DNA of 42,084 bases from Bacteroidales bacterium (GCA_035389045.1 DAOORA010000035.1:1-42084); one strand, 5' to 3'; shown: positions 1 to 9,860, counted from the first letter of the stretch. Numbers and translations are program-made. Notes: generated by a model from the sequence alone, not told the origin.

Positions 1-15
1 CTTATACACAGTACT

Positions 16-783
16 TTGCTTCATTTTGTTGATAACTTTCTTGCGGATTTAAGGCATTCTCTTGAAACTTCCGGGAATAAATTATTCCGTTACAGGGGAC
101 AGATTCCCTTATTTATTTTTATCTCGGCCATTCCGGTGATCTTTCTTACAGATTATAAATTGTTTAACGATACATTTTATCTGATCGTAACCGTAATTTC
201 TATTGTCATTGCTTTTTTGGGCTTTGCCATCAGGGCATATACCATAGGTACCACACCCAAGGGAACATCGGGACGCAATACCAAAGAACAGGTGGCCGAA
301 TCACTTAATACAAAGGGTATCTATTCTATGATCCGTCATCCTCTTTACCTTGGTAATTACCTGATGTGGCTCGGACTGCTTATATTTACTTTCAACGGAT
401 ATTATATCATCATCATTTCATTGTTTTTCTGGCTGTATTACGAAAGGATTATGTATGCCGAGGAACGCTTCCTCGAACGAAAATATGGTGAAGTGTATCT
501 GAAATGGTCGGAGCAGGTTCCTGCATTTATCCCGGCTTTCAGCAAATTCGTCAAAAGCAGCATCCCGTTCTCACTGAAAAGCGTTTTGCGCAGGGAATAT
601 TCAGGAATTATGGCCATGGCCACCGGATATTTCTATGTGGACCATTTGAGGAATTATGTGCTTAACAATGTGTTTGAACCCTGCAGGATTTCCAGTTATG
701 CCCTGGCAGCAGGTATTGTCATTACATTGGTGCTGAGAACACTGAAACACAGTGGAATGTTGAATGAATCGGACCGGTCATGA
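16..783 (+). CDS. Isoprenylcysteine carboxylmethyltransferase (ICMT/PEMT)-family membrane methyltransferase, LmtA (lipid A 1-phosphate methyltransferase)-like
   Basis: Multi-TM protein with ICMT motifs GIYSMIRHPLYLGN and AEERFLERKYG. GNKLFRYRG and GTSGRNT recall LmtA-like proteins. The TTG start is uncertain. Confidence 0.75.
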   Translation: MLHFVDNFLADLRHSLETSGNKLFRYRGQIPLFIFISAIPVIFLTDYKLFNDTFYLIVTVISIVIAFLGFAIRAYTIGTTPKGTSGRNTKEQVAESLNTKGIYSMIRHPLYLGNYLMWLGLLIFTFNGYYIIIISLFFWLYYERIMYAEERFLERKYGEVYLKWSEQVPAFIPAFSKFVKSSIPFSLKSVLRREYSGIMAMATGYFYVDHLRNYVLNNVFEPCRISSYALAAGIVITLVLRTLKHSGMLNESDRS

Positions 784-832
784 TTTTTTGTTTTTTATGA
801 CCTTCAGGCATACTGGCTACCGAAAGTTTGCA

Positions 833-840
833 TAATTTTG
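833..840 (+). promoter_or_regulatory. Bacteroidota sigma-A -7 element TAATTTTG
   Basis: Matches TAnnTTTG, 13 nt before the ATG at 854. Confidence 0.5.
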
Positions 841-853
841 TAAATAACTTTTT

Positions 854-3154
854 ATGAAACGAATTTTACTTATAATAATATTATTTGTCGGAAATTATGA
901 CTGTATACTCTACGGCCAGCATCAAACCAATACACCTGGATCTGATATAGCTGCCGATGCTCCATACCGGATGAGAAAATCAGACACAAATAATCAGATA
1001 AACAGCATCCCACTGCATGTGTATGTCCATTCATCAAGTTGTTTTAACTGTGGCAATGAACTTAACGATATCAAAGTTTATCTTAAAAATGCATCCGATC
1101 AGGATTTTGGAAGTGTCCTGACATTTGAAAACTATTCGTTTGCATCTTTTGATTCATTAATTACAAGCCGGTCGCCGGAAGACCTTATATGGGGTGTTCA
1201 GGCTTTCGATTCCAGCGGCTATGCCACAGATAATGAATCGACCATACGATTTACTTCTGATGAATCGATACTGGGTGAAGAATATGTTGATATTTCAGAG
1301 GATTATTGGTATTTTACGCTGAATATACCTCCTGAAAAACTCACAAATTATGAGGATATACTGGATATTAAAATATATTTTACCCTGGATTTTGCCACGG
1401 ACCAGGAGCAGTATTTTCGCGTTTTCAGGTATGATGATGGGCTGCCCCGGCCTCAGGGATGGTATCGGGGCGATACGCATTATCATTCTCTTTTCACGCA
1501 GAACGATGTGGAATTTGGATTGCCCCTTGAAGGAACAAAAGAAGCTGCCAAAAAAACCGGGCTGGACTGGATTACCCTGAGCGATCACAGTTGTGATTTT
1601 AATAATTACGGATCGGATATGCAGGATAACTGGTACAGGCAGGGCTTAGCGGTGATGAACCTTAACAGCCATGATTCTTCCTTCATCTTTATCAGGGCGA
1701 TGGAGGCAAGTATAAAAAATTCCGAAGGCAAGGTCGTTCATGCTTTGTTGTATCCCTCCGAAATTGCGCCTTTCAGTTATCCCTTTTTTCTGGATGGCGG
1801 AGGCGATCTGACTGAAACAGCCAACACGGTGCCCCAGACACTGGCCGACATTGCATCTTATATCGGATTTGCTTATTGTGCCCATCCTTTTGCTGAAAAG
1901 GAGGAACTCTCTTTCGTTATTAACGGAGGCACCTGGAATCTGAACGATACACTGTTTCCTGCCGACGGACAACCGCATCCTTCCATGGGAACGGTTATCT
2001 GTAATGATTTGTCATTAGCCAGCGATATCTATAGTAATGATAGTAATTATCTTTTTCCGCAGGGCCTTGCAGGCGGCGAAATATGGAATAACCGTCAGTC
2101 ACTTTCTACAACCGATGAAGAAAATGATCCGTGGAATGTTACCTATTCTGGTTCAGTAACACCGTTTGTTCCTCTTGACATATATGATCCTTCATATCAT
2201 TTTTACCGCTTTATGCAAAACCTCGATGTTACAGACTTTTTGCAAAAAAAAGCGCTCCATGTTAAAAATAATAATCCCTCTGTAAAGAATTGGAAGTTTT
2301 TTATCTCTGCCGGTAGCGATGCACACGGCTCCTTTAATTATTCTAATACAGGACTCACCTTTGGGATTACCGGTGATATCAGCGATAATGCTATTGGTAA
2401 GCTGGCAACTATGGCCTATTGCCCTGACGGAATGGGTGTTAACGGTAGAAATGTTCTTAAAGCCTTAAAAAACGGTAATACCGTATTATCCGACGGACCT
2501 GTGGTGATTATGGGTATCAGTACCGACGGAAACAGCGCAGATATTGAAATAAATATCGGACAGGATACGGTACTAACAGGGCAACAGCTAACCAGCGACA
2601 GCCTTGTTATTGATACTTATATTACTCCTGAATTTGGGAACGTCAGCCTGATAACGCTGACCGGCATTACACAGGACACTATTTGTTTTTATGAGTTACC
2701 GGTGACTGCCCACCAGGTATATAATCTTAACGATATTCTTATAGATCTGTTTGGCTATATTCCAGATGATGAGTATTTTACCATAAGAGCATCCATGCGT
2801 TCCATCAAATATTACGGGACTCTCAGTACGATTTACAGGCGTGTGTCTGATGAGTTTTTCAGCATAACAAATCCCATCTGGATTAAGCCGGCATTGTATG
2901 CGCTCAACGAGGAACATCGTGTCGCAGAAAAAATAAATGTAAGACCTAATCCTGTCAATGACAGATTTTATGTAAATTTACCACAAAATGAACACTATAT
3001 GATAAGGATTTCGGATGTCAATGGCGCCGTGGTTCTTGAACAGGCATACACAAAAAATGGTGTAGATGTAAAGAACCTGCCTTCAGGGATTTATATAGCA
3101 TCATTTTATAACAGTGACGGCATAATCAATAAGAAAATAATTGTCAATCATTAA
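854..3154 (+). CDS. Secreted PHP-domain (CehA/McbA-like) metallohydrolase with T9SS type A C-terminal sorting domain
   Basis: Signal peptide; PHP motifs GDTHYHS, DWITLSDH, AHP, GSDAH; C-terminal RPNPVND...LPSGIY...KKII typical of a T9SS CTD. Confidence 0.8.
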   Translation: MKRILLIIILFVGNYDCILYGQHQTNTPGSDIAADAPYRMRKSDTNNQINSIPLHVYVHSSSCFNCGNELNDIKVYLKNASDQDFGSVLTFENYSFASFDSLITSRSPEDLIWGVQAFDSSGYATDNESTIRFTSDESILGEEYVDISEDYWYFTLNIPPEKLTNYEDILDIKIYFTLDFATDQEQYFRVFRYDDGLPRPQGWYRGDTHYHSLFTQNDVEFGLPLEGTKEAAKKTGLDWITLSDHSCDFNNYGSDMQDNWYRQGLAVMNLNSHDSSFIFIRAMEASIKNSEGKVVHALLYPSEIAPFSYPFFLDGGGDLTETANTVPQTLADIASYIGFAYCAHPFAEKEELSFVINGGTWNLNDTLFPADGQPHPSMGTVICNDLSLASDIYSNDSNYLFPQGLAGGEIWNNRQSLSTTDEENDPWNVTYSGSVTPFVPLDIYDPSYHFYRFMQNLDVTDFLQKKALHVKNNNPSVKNWKFFISAGSDAHGSFNYSNTGLTFGITGDISDNAIGKLATMAYCPDGMGVNGRNVLKALKNGNTVLSDGPVVIMGISTDGNSADIEINIGQDTVLTGQQLTSDSLVIDTYITPEFGNVSLITLTGITQDTICFYELPVTAHQVYNLNDILIDLFGYIPDDEYFTIRASMRSIKYYGTLSTIYRRVSDEFFSITNPIWIKPALYALNEEHRVAEKINVRPNPVNDRFYVNLPQNEHYMIRISDVNGAVVLEQAYTKNGVDVKNLPSGIYIASFYNSDGIINKKIIVNH

Positions 3155-3180
3155 GAAGTCAATCATTAAAAGTATATAAT

Positions 3181-3870
3181 ATGAAAAAACAAATTCTATC
3201 TCCGGCACGCATCGTTATAGCATGTTTTGTGTTTGTTTCACTATTCTTTTCTTCGTGTGAGGAATATATAACGCCTACGAAAACACTCATGGAAGGTGTA
3301 TGGACCGTGAGCAATGTTTATGATGCCAATGGTACCGATCATGCCGGCAAGCTGAATTTTCCGATCACTGCTTTTCACCTGAGCAGCGATAACACGGTAA
3401 TATCTACTTCAGGGCCATTGACCATGTTTATTGTTTACGGCGACAACAAGTACACACAGATTGCCGGAGATATTGACCAGGTTTTTAATTATGCCGGGCT
3501 GGATTTTAATGGCGGTGAATATTTTGTCGATGACGGTTATGTGGACAGGTTTACGCTCGAAATGAAACTGGAAGGGCTTCCGGGCCAGCATACCTTAACC
3601 TCTTTGTTACAGATGCTTCAGGTAAATGCCCAGTGGCTTCAGGTAGTGGTTTATCATAAATTTATCAATGTGGGTATAGCCTTCTCGGAAGACAATAATA
3701 CTATGACCTGGACATTTGATGACCAAACCATCGGGATGTATAATACTAAAGATAACTATGGAAATTATGTTTTATGGGGTGGCTGGCCGGTAGAGAATTT
3801 TACCCGTTGTACCATTGTACTGAAAAAGCAGGTGAAAGACCTGAACCAGGTGGTGGCTGATGCTATTTGA
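3181..3870 (+). CDS. Hypothetical lipoprotein
   Basis: Lipobox FSSC after a hydrophobic stretch; GVW strand; 26 bp after the upstream gene. Confidence 0.7.
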   Translation: MKKQILSPARIVIACFVFVSLFFSSCEEYITPTKTLMEGVWTVSNVYDANGTDHAGKLNFPITAFHLSSDNTVISTSGPLTMFIVYGDNKYTQIAGDIDQVFNYAGLDFNGGEYFVDDGYVDRFTLEMKLEGLPGQHTLTSLLQMLQVNAQWLQVVVYHKFINVGIAFSEDNNTMTWTFDDQTIGMYNTKDNYGNYVLWGGWPVENFTRCTIVLKKQVKDLNQVVADAI

Positions 3871-3887
3871 TACTTTCGGAAGCTATG

Positions 3888-3923
3888 AAAAGCGGTATGG
3901 AAAATATCCTTACCGCTTTTTTT
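3888..3923 (+). terminator. Rho-independent terminator
   Basis: AAAAGCGGTA...TACCGCTTTT stem plus T-run after the 3870 stop. Confidence 0.8.
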
Positions 3924-4042
3924 ATGGCTGATTGTCGTCATTGTTACCCACTTTTTTACTGTTATAACTTTTTTGCCGAAAAGTCTTACTGGATCGGAAT
4001 ATTTTTAACAAAATCTTTTCAGGGATATTGACCGGCAATAAC

Positions 4043-4050
4043 TATCTTTG
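4043..4050 (+). promoter_or_regulatory. -7 promoter element TATCTTTG
   Basis: TAnnTTTG match. It lies inside the ORF-track extension, so the real start is likely ATG 4085 or 4097. Confidence 0.6.
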
Positions 4051-4096
4051 CAATCCATTGATATTAAAACTTATAAAAAAGAAAATGTATACCCCC

Positions 4097-6142
4097 ATGA
4101 AAAAATTCAATCTTATCATGTTCTGTGTTATAATAAGCGTAAGCATGATGATGAGCTGCAAAAATAAAACTATGAAACAGGAAGAACCGGCGATAAACAT
4201 TGCCAACATGGACACCACTATTAAACCCGGAGATGATTTCTTCAGGTATGCCAACGGAAACTGGATGAAAAACAATCCCGTTCCGCCCGAATACAGCATT
4301 TATGGCTCATTCGAAGAACTTAAAGAGGATAACAACGAGCAACTGCGTTCTATCATGGAAGATGCCGTTGCGGATCGAAATGTTAAAGCAGGCTCTGTAA
4401 AACAAAAGATTGCCGATTTTTATTCTTCCGGCATGGACTCGACAGCTATCGAAAAAGCTGGTATCACTGCCATACAAAAGGAGCTGGATAAAATTGATGC
4501 TGTAAATAATACAGAGGATATGGTCAAGTTGGTGGCCTATTTGCACACCTCTGGGGTGACTCCTTTGTTTTACTTCTTTTCAGGACAGGATGACAAAAAC
4601 AGCGAAAAGGTGATTGCCCAGCTCTACCAGGGCGGACTTGGCCTGCCCGACCGCGATTATTATTCCTCAAAAGATGCCCGTTCGGCTGAGATTCGTAAAG
4701 AATATGTAAAGCACGTTGGCAAGACATTTGAACTGGCCGGAGCAAATAAAGCACAGGCAGAAAAAGATGCACAAATCGTCATGGATATTGAAACCCAACT
4801 GGCCAAAGCTTCATCAACCCGCCTGGAATTACGCGACCCGGTCAGGAATTATAATAAAACAGATCTTGCCGGTCTGAAGAAGATGGCCCCGGAGTTCGGC
4901 TGGGATATGTATTTCCCGGGCATCGGCCTGAAAGCCACCGATGAAATAAATGTCGGCCAGCCCTTGTTTTTTGCTGAAATGGCAAAACTGGCAAAATCAG
5001 TTCCTTTAGACCAATGGAAAGTATACCTGAAATGGCATCTGATCCATGAAGCCTCACCCTTTCTTTCCTCCGCTTTCGAAAAGGAACAATTTGCATTTTA
5101 CAGCGGAGTACTCTCAGGGGTAAAAGAAATGAAGCCGCGGTGGAAGAGGGTGCTGAACACTACCAGTTATTCGCTGGGTGAGGCCGTTGGCCAGCTCTAT
5201 GTTGAAAAATATTTTCCGGCCGAAGCCAAACAGCGTATGCTTGCTTTGGTTGCAAACCTTAAAGATGCCCTGAAAGGCAGGATAGAAAAACTGACCTGGA
5301 TGGGTGATTCTACCAAAAAAGAAGCCATAGCCAAACTGGCCAGGATGAATATAAAAGTAGGTTATCCGGATAAATGGAGGGATTATTCTTCGATGGAGGT
5401 CACCAAAGATTCCTATTTTGAAAACATCATGGCGGCCTCACGCTTTGAATACAAACGCGACCTGGAGAAAATCGGCAAACCCGTGGACCGTGCCGAGTGG
5501 GGCATGACGCCGCAAACCGTCAATGCTTACTACAGCCCAAACATGAACGAGATCGTGTTTCCTGCGGCCATCCTGCAGCCGCCTTTCTTTTTTATGAACG
5601 GTGATGATGCGGTCAATTACGGAGCCATAGGTGTGGTGATCGGCCACGAGATGACTCATGGTTTTGATGACCAGGGAAGGCAATTTGATAAAGACGGAAA
5701 CCTGCGCGATTGGTGGACCAAAGAAGATGCCGCAAATTTTGAGAAGCAGACACAAGTCCTTGTCGACCAGTTCAATGCCTTTGAGATGCTTGATTCATTA
5801 TATGTAGACGGCAAATTGACATTAGGTGAAAACATTGCCGATATGGGTGGTATCACGGTAGCTTATGCCGCGCTGCAAAAAGCCATGCAGGGTAAAGACA
5901 GTAAAGCTGAAATTGACGGCTTCACATCCGATCAGCGGTTCTTTCTTGCTTATGCTCAGATATGGAGGGGCAACACCCTTGACAAAGAGCTGATGCGCCG
6001 GCTGAAGGAAGATGTTCATTCACCGAAAGAAGCCCGTGTCAACGGCCAGGTTTATAATATTCCTGAGTTTTATGCCGCCTTTGACATAAAACCAAGCGAT
6101 AAGTTTTACAAGCCCGAAAACCTGCGCCCGGTCATCTGGTAA
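4097..6142 (+). CDS. pepO: M13 (neprilysin/PepO-like) zinc metalloendopeptidase, lipoprotein
   Basis: VNAYY, HEMTHGFD (HExxH), GENIAD and DVHSP motifs; lipobox MMSC; start at 4097 or 4085. Confidence 0.9.
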   Translation: MKKFNLIMFCVIISVSMMMSCKNKTMKQEEPAINIANMDTTIKPGDDFFRYANGNWMKNNPVPPEYSIYGSFEELKEDNNEQLRSIMEDAVADRNVKAGSVKQKIADFYSSGMDSTAIEKAGITAIQKELDKIDAVNNTEDMVKLVAYLHTSGVTPLFYFFSGQDDKNSEKVIAQLYQGGLGLPDRDYYSSKDARSAEIRKEYVKHVGKTFELAGANKAQAEKDAQIVMDIETQLAKASSTRLELRDPVRNYNKTDLAGLKKMAPEFGWDMYFPGIGLKATDEINVGQPLFFAEMAKLAKSVPLDQWKVYLKWHLIHEASPFLSSAFEKEQFAFYSGVLSGVKEMKPRWKRVLNTTSYSLGEAVGQLYVEKYFPAEAKQRMLALVANLKDALKGRIEKLTWMGDSTKKEAIAKLARMNIKVGYPDKWRDYSSMEVTKDSYFENIMAASRFEYKRDLEKIGKPVDRAEWGMTPQTVNAYYSPNMNEIVFPAAILQPPFFFMNGDDAVNYGAIGVVIGHEMTHGFDDQGRQFDKDGNLRDWWTKEDAANFEKQTQVLVDQFNAFEMLDSLYVDGKLTLGENIADMGGITVAYAALQKAMQGKDSKAEIDGFTSDQRFFLAYAQIWRGNTLDKELMRRLKEDVHSPKEARVNGQVYNIPEFYAAFDIKPSDKFYKPENLRPVIW

Positions 6143-6161
6143 TGATCTTATAAAGAACTGT

Positions 6162-6194
6162 AAAAGCAGTACAACCACTTGTGCTGCTTTTTTT
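6162..6194 (+). terminator. Rho-independent terminator
   Basis: AAAAGCAGTACAA/TTGTGCTGCTTTT stem with T-run. Confidence 0.75.
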
Positions 6195-6218
6195 GATTTG
6201 TTGTATATTCATCAGCCC

Positions 6219-7041
6219 TGGGGCAGCGCACCGTATTATCAGATTTTTCTCTGCGTCGCTGCGCCTCTTCGAGAAATACATATTTTTTATCTCGCAAAGC
6301 CGCCAAGCCGCAAAGCCATACTTTATTTTTCCATAACTGAAAAAATGTTCAGGAAAATCTTTTATACTCTTAAAGGCGCTGATTTTGAGTGTGTTAAACT
6401 TAGGGCGTTTTGATTTCTATTGGCTCATTATATAGGTCTGTTTCGTATTTTATATTACGGTACGCTGTACCTTATGGTAAAGGGTTTATTCAGAGTTTTA
6501 CAAATATTTCGGTGCTCCGCACCTAAAATCAGCTATGGTGACAGGGACAGCATCCCACAATCTTTGTAATAATCGTAAAGCTCCCGGAATACCAGGTGCA
6601 ACGCACCGAAATATCAGATATTTCTCTGCGCCTCTGCGCCTCTGCGAGAAAGACAGTTCCGCACCTAAAATCAGCAAGGTTACAGGTNNNNNNNNNNNNN
6701 NNNNNNNNNNNNNNNNNNNNNNNNNNNNNNNNNNNNNNNNNNNNNNNNNNNNNNNNNNNNNNNNNNNNNNNNNNNNNNNNNNNNNNNGCGCCCCGCTATA
6801 TTTGTGATAAAAGCCAAACATTATGGAAATCAAGGTGCAACGCAACGTAATATCAGTTTTTCTCCGCGCTTCTGCGCCTCTGCGAGAAAGACAGTTCCGC
6901 ACCTAAAATCAGCAAGGTTACAGGTGCAGCGCCCCGCTATATTTGTGATAAAAGCCAAACATTATGGAAATCAAGGTGCAACGGACCGTAATATCAGTTT
7001 TTCTCCGCGCCTCTGCGCCTCTGCGAGAAATACATATTTTT
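6219..7041. repeat. REP-like repeat cluster with a ~141-142 bp tandem array spanning the assembly gap
   Basis: CCGCACCTAAAATCAGC at 6517, 6659 and 6897; GCGCCCCGCTAT at 6788 and 6929; the module GGTGC-N3-GCACC-GTAATATCAG...CTCTGCGCCTCTGCGAGAAA recurs at least 4 times. Confidence 0.85.
6688..6787. other. Assembly gap (100 N)
   Basis: Run of N inside the tandem repeat. Confidence 0.99.
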
Positions 7042-7149
7042 CCTATCGCTTCGTAGAAGCCCCTTCGGGACGAAGACGCATAGCAACTGGTTAATAAGTT
7101 GTTATATGTGTTTGTTTAATAATTCTCTGGGTATAACTCAGACTCTCTG

Positions 7150-9504
7150 CTATCTAAGCTCAATCCTGTGATTATTTTTAAACAGTGATTTTCTGTTTCT
7201 TAAATTGATCAGCTTATAGACCAGCAGCTCACGGTCATAAATAAGAAGATCGTCGAAATATACCGTTTTCTCGGCCAGTTCGCTGCCTTTGAACACCAGT
7301 TCGTACGAGGCGGTGCTGTCGGTGTTTTCAAACGACAATTCTACCAGCGACCACTTGCCGTTTATTTCATGGCTGTTGGTGGCGCTTACTATGGGCTGAA
7401 GCCATTCCAGTTTATCTGCGTTATTTTTCTGAAAAAAGATCATGCCGCCCAGGCAGTCCTGTCCGTAGTTCTCCCCGTCATTATACATCCACAGGCGGGC
7501 AGTGTATTTCCTGTTCAGGGGCAGCTTGCCTTTTCCGATGGAAAACAGTATGTGAAAATCCTTTTGCAGGCCGCTATAACAACCGTCAGCACCTGAGAAT
7601 GAGATGGTGGTTGCGGGATCTTTAAAATCAATGAACCTGAAAAATAACGAAGTGTCGGAAACAAGAAAACCATCTTTCTGAAACAACTTGTCTTTTAGCT
7701 CCTCAAATTTTTGGAACTCTCTGTCAGCGGTATTTTCAAAAAACACCCCGGGATAGATTTCATACAGACTGTAATTATCCCGTTTGACCAGCAAAGTGGC
7801 TTTTTTTAAATAGTCTGTTTCCGCGCTGTCGGATTTATTATTGAGGGAAACAATTAAAAACGCTTTGTCGTCAGGCAGGTCTTTTTGGATGTCTTTATGA
7901 TAAAAATTACTGGCAAGCAGTTGCATGATGTTTTTACTCTCCTGTATCGATGTCCGTGTGAGGTAACTGTTTACCATCGGCAGCCCCAGGTGGTATGAAA
8001 ATAAAAACGATAAACGATAAATTTCATCATCGGAGGTCTTTCCGTAATTATCAGAGCCTATATAAAAAAACGGAAATGACAGTATGGCCTGGTAATGATA
8101 GGCGTTGACGGCGCTGATATCTTTTTGCAATGTTTCTGGAAGTTGCTGAATATCAAATAGATTAGGCGATTTCGTTATGTCTTTGGAGGTGATCCTGTGG
8201 TAGTTCCATCCTTCGGCAAACAACAACAGAGGAAAGGCCACCGCCAAAACATATGCCGATATAACATATTTTTTACCGGCGAGTTTCTGAAAAGCTTTAT
8301 TAATGATGCAGACAAGCATGATGGTTGAGACAAAATAGAATACCCAGGCAAACCTTCCTATGGCCCTGAACTGTTTGATCATATCAAAATAATTGATCAT
8401 GCGCTCCAGCTGAAACCACCGGAAAGGCACAAACATCGAAAAAGCAAGAATGAATATCGAGCTGACAAACAATAAGCGTAACGGCTGGGATTCCACCCAT
8501 GTCTTGTTCAGCATAAGGCTTTTCGATTTCACCGAACTGACGACGGATGCCACCAGGTATATCACTAATACGATGATGGTCGCCAGACCGATATACGACC
8601 ATCCTTCCCAGGGCTGCAACGCTCCGGGAAAAACAGTCTCTTTTATTTTATCAAGCGGGGAGCAGACCGGCAGGAATACACTGCCCGCTTCGGCATGATT
8701 CTCGAGTATTCCCCATGGATTGGTCGTCCTGCCGGTGTGGGCATCGGTGATTTTGACAAACAAATAATACAAAGCCGTGGGAATTACTGCTGTTGTTAGC
8801 AATGCGGCATGACGGGCTACGTTTATTTTTCTCTCTTTTATCAGTTGATGAATAAGGCTTATACATACGTAGGTAAATACCATGGCGGCGGTCATCATCC
8901 CCAGATATGCATGAACACTGAAAAACATCAGAATACTGAGCAGCAGCATGACAAAGGCCGTTTTCCTTTTGGCTCCTTTTTCGAAGACAACCAGCAAATA
9001 AATGGTCAAAGGGATAAAAAAGCTGTACGACAGTGCATAATGTCCTGTCATCCTGAATATTTGCGGGCTGAGTGCCATAATGCCCATAGCGCCCGTAAGG
9101 GCCGGCAGGTAGTCGACATTCAGTTTCCTGAACAGAAGATAAAGTACGATAGCCGTTAGCCCCAGGGATAGTAGCATCATCAGATTCAGTATGCCTGTAC
9201 TGTAACGGCTGCATCCGGGCATCAGCGGCTGAAGCATTTTCAGCAGCAACGACAATGCCGGATGGCAGTCGGTGTATGTAAAGTTTTCACCGTAGGGATA
9301 ATTCATCCCTTCGAAGTTGGTAAAGCTTTTATTATGCTGAATATACCAGGCGTAGGTATAATAGTTTTTCATCCCGTCGCCCCGGCTGCTGAACATATAG
9401 GAATCCGGATGCCGCATGATTTTGCCGTAGAATCCAAACAGAAAGGCTGAAATCAAGGCCAGCAACACCACAAAATAAACTACTGATTTTCTGTTTATTT
9501 TCAT
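7150..9504 (-). CDS. Polytopic membrane protein, YfhO-like / GT-C glycosyltransferase-like, with a C-terminal soluble domain
   Basis: N-terminal TM then a GDG-containing loop, about 12 TM segments, EGWSYIG and QFRAIGRF motifs, and a ~350 aa C-terminal soluble region. Confidence 0.65.
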   Translation of the reverse strand: MKINRKSVVYFVVLLALISAFLFGFYGKIMRHPDSYMFSSRGDGMKNYYTYAWYIQHNKSFTNFEGMNYPYGENFTYTDCHPALSLLLKMLQPLMPGCSRYSTGILNLMMLLSLGLTAIVLYLLFRKLNVDYLPALTGAMGIMALSPQIFRMTGHYALSYSFFIPLTIYLLVVFEKGAKRKTAFVMLLLSILMFFSVHAYLGMMTAAMVFTYVCISLIHQLIKERKINVARHAALLTTAVIPTALYYLFVKITDAHTGRTTNPWGILENHAEAGSVFLPVCSPLDKIKETVFPGALQPWEGWSYIGLATIIVLVIYLVASVVSSVKSKSLMLNKTWVESQPLRLLFVSSIFILAFSMFVPFRWFQLERMINYFDMIKQFRAIGRFAWVFYFVSTIMLVCIINKAFQKLAGKKYVISAYVLAVAFPLLLFAEGWNYHRITSKDITKSPNLFDIQQLPETLQKDISAVNAYHYQAILSFPFFYIGSDNYGKTSDDEIYRLSFLFSYHLGLPMVNSYLTRTSIQESKNIMQLLASNFYHKDIQKDLPDDKAFLIVSLNNKSDSAETDYLKKATLLVKRDNYSLYEIYPGVFFENTADREFQKFEELKDKLFQKDGFLVSDTSLFFRFIDFKDPATTISFSGADGCYSGLQKDFHILFSIGKGKLPLNRKYTARLWMYNDGENYGQDCLGGMIFFQKNNADKLEWLQPIVSATNSHEINGKWSLVELSFENTDSTASYELVFKGSELAEKTVYFDDLLIYDRELLVYKLINLRNRKSLFKNNHRIELR

Positions 9505-9527
9505 TCGGGAACGAATATTTCGAAATG

Positions 9528-9535
9528 CAAATGTA
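9528..9535 (-). promoter_or_regulatory. -7 promoter element TACATTTG
   Basis: Minus-strand TAnnTTTG about 23 nt before the 9504 start. Confidence 0.55.
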
Positions 9536-9662
9536 TGATAATACCATTACTTAATCAAAATGAGTTCGGGACGAAATATGGATTTTGTAATGCTTACGCC
9601 GACAGAATAGCTTTTATTGTGTAATTAATTGGACTTTTATTACGGATACCCATTCGGTATTA

Positions 9663-9860
9663 TTGCACAAACAAATTTTCCCGTTCATAAAAACGGGAAC
9701 ACTACAAGTAATAAATATACTTGGTGAAACATTATGTATTTATGAGATTCGGAACACCAACAAAATCAGCATAAACGGAGACTCTTTTAAGAGCGGTTGC
9801 TATTTATTAAGGATGAAATCCGATAACAGCATGTTTACCGGAAAATTCATGAAAGATTAA
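9663..9860 (+). pseudogene. Orphan T9SS C-terminal-domain fragment
   Basis: LQVINILGETL...ISINGDSFKSGCYLLRM...TGKFMK resembles the end of a T9SS type A CTD; no signal peptide or passenger domain. Confidence 0.55.

Noticed and set aside
4028..4096. N-terminal extension of the M13 peptidase (likewise 22237-22269 for the R-M gene)
   Set aside because: The TTG starts precede or overlap TAnnTTTG promoter elements; downstream ATGs fit better.
6198..7094. Short ORFs (6198-6413, 6498-6902, 6535-6807, 6596-6850, 6804-7094)
   Set aside because: They are translations of the repeat units and the N gap, with no protein-like features.
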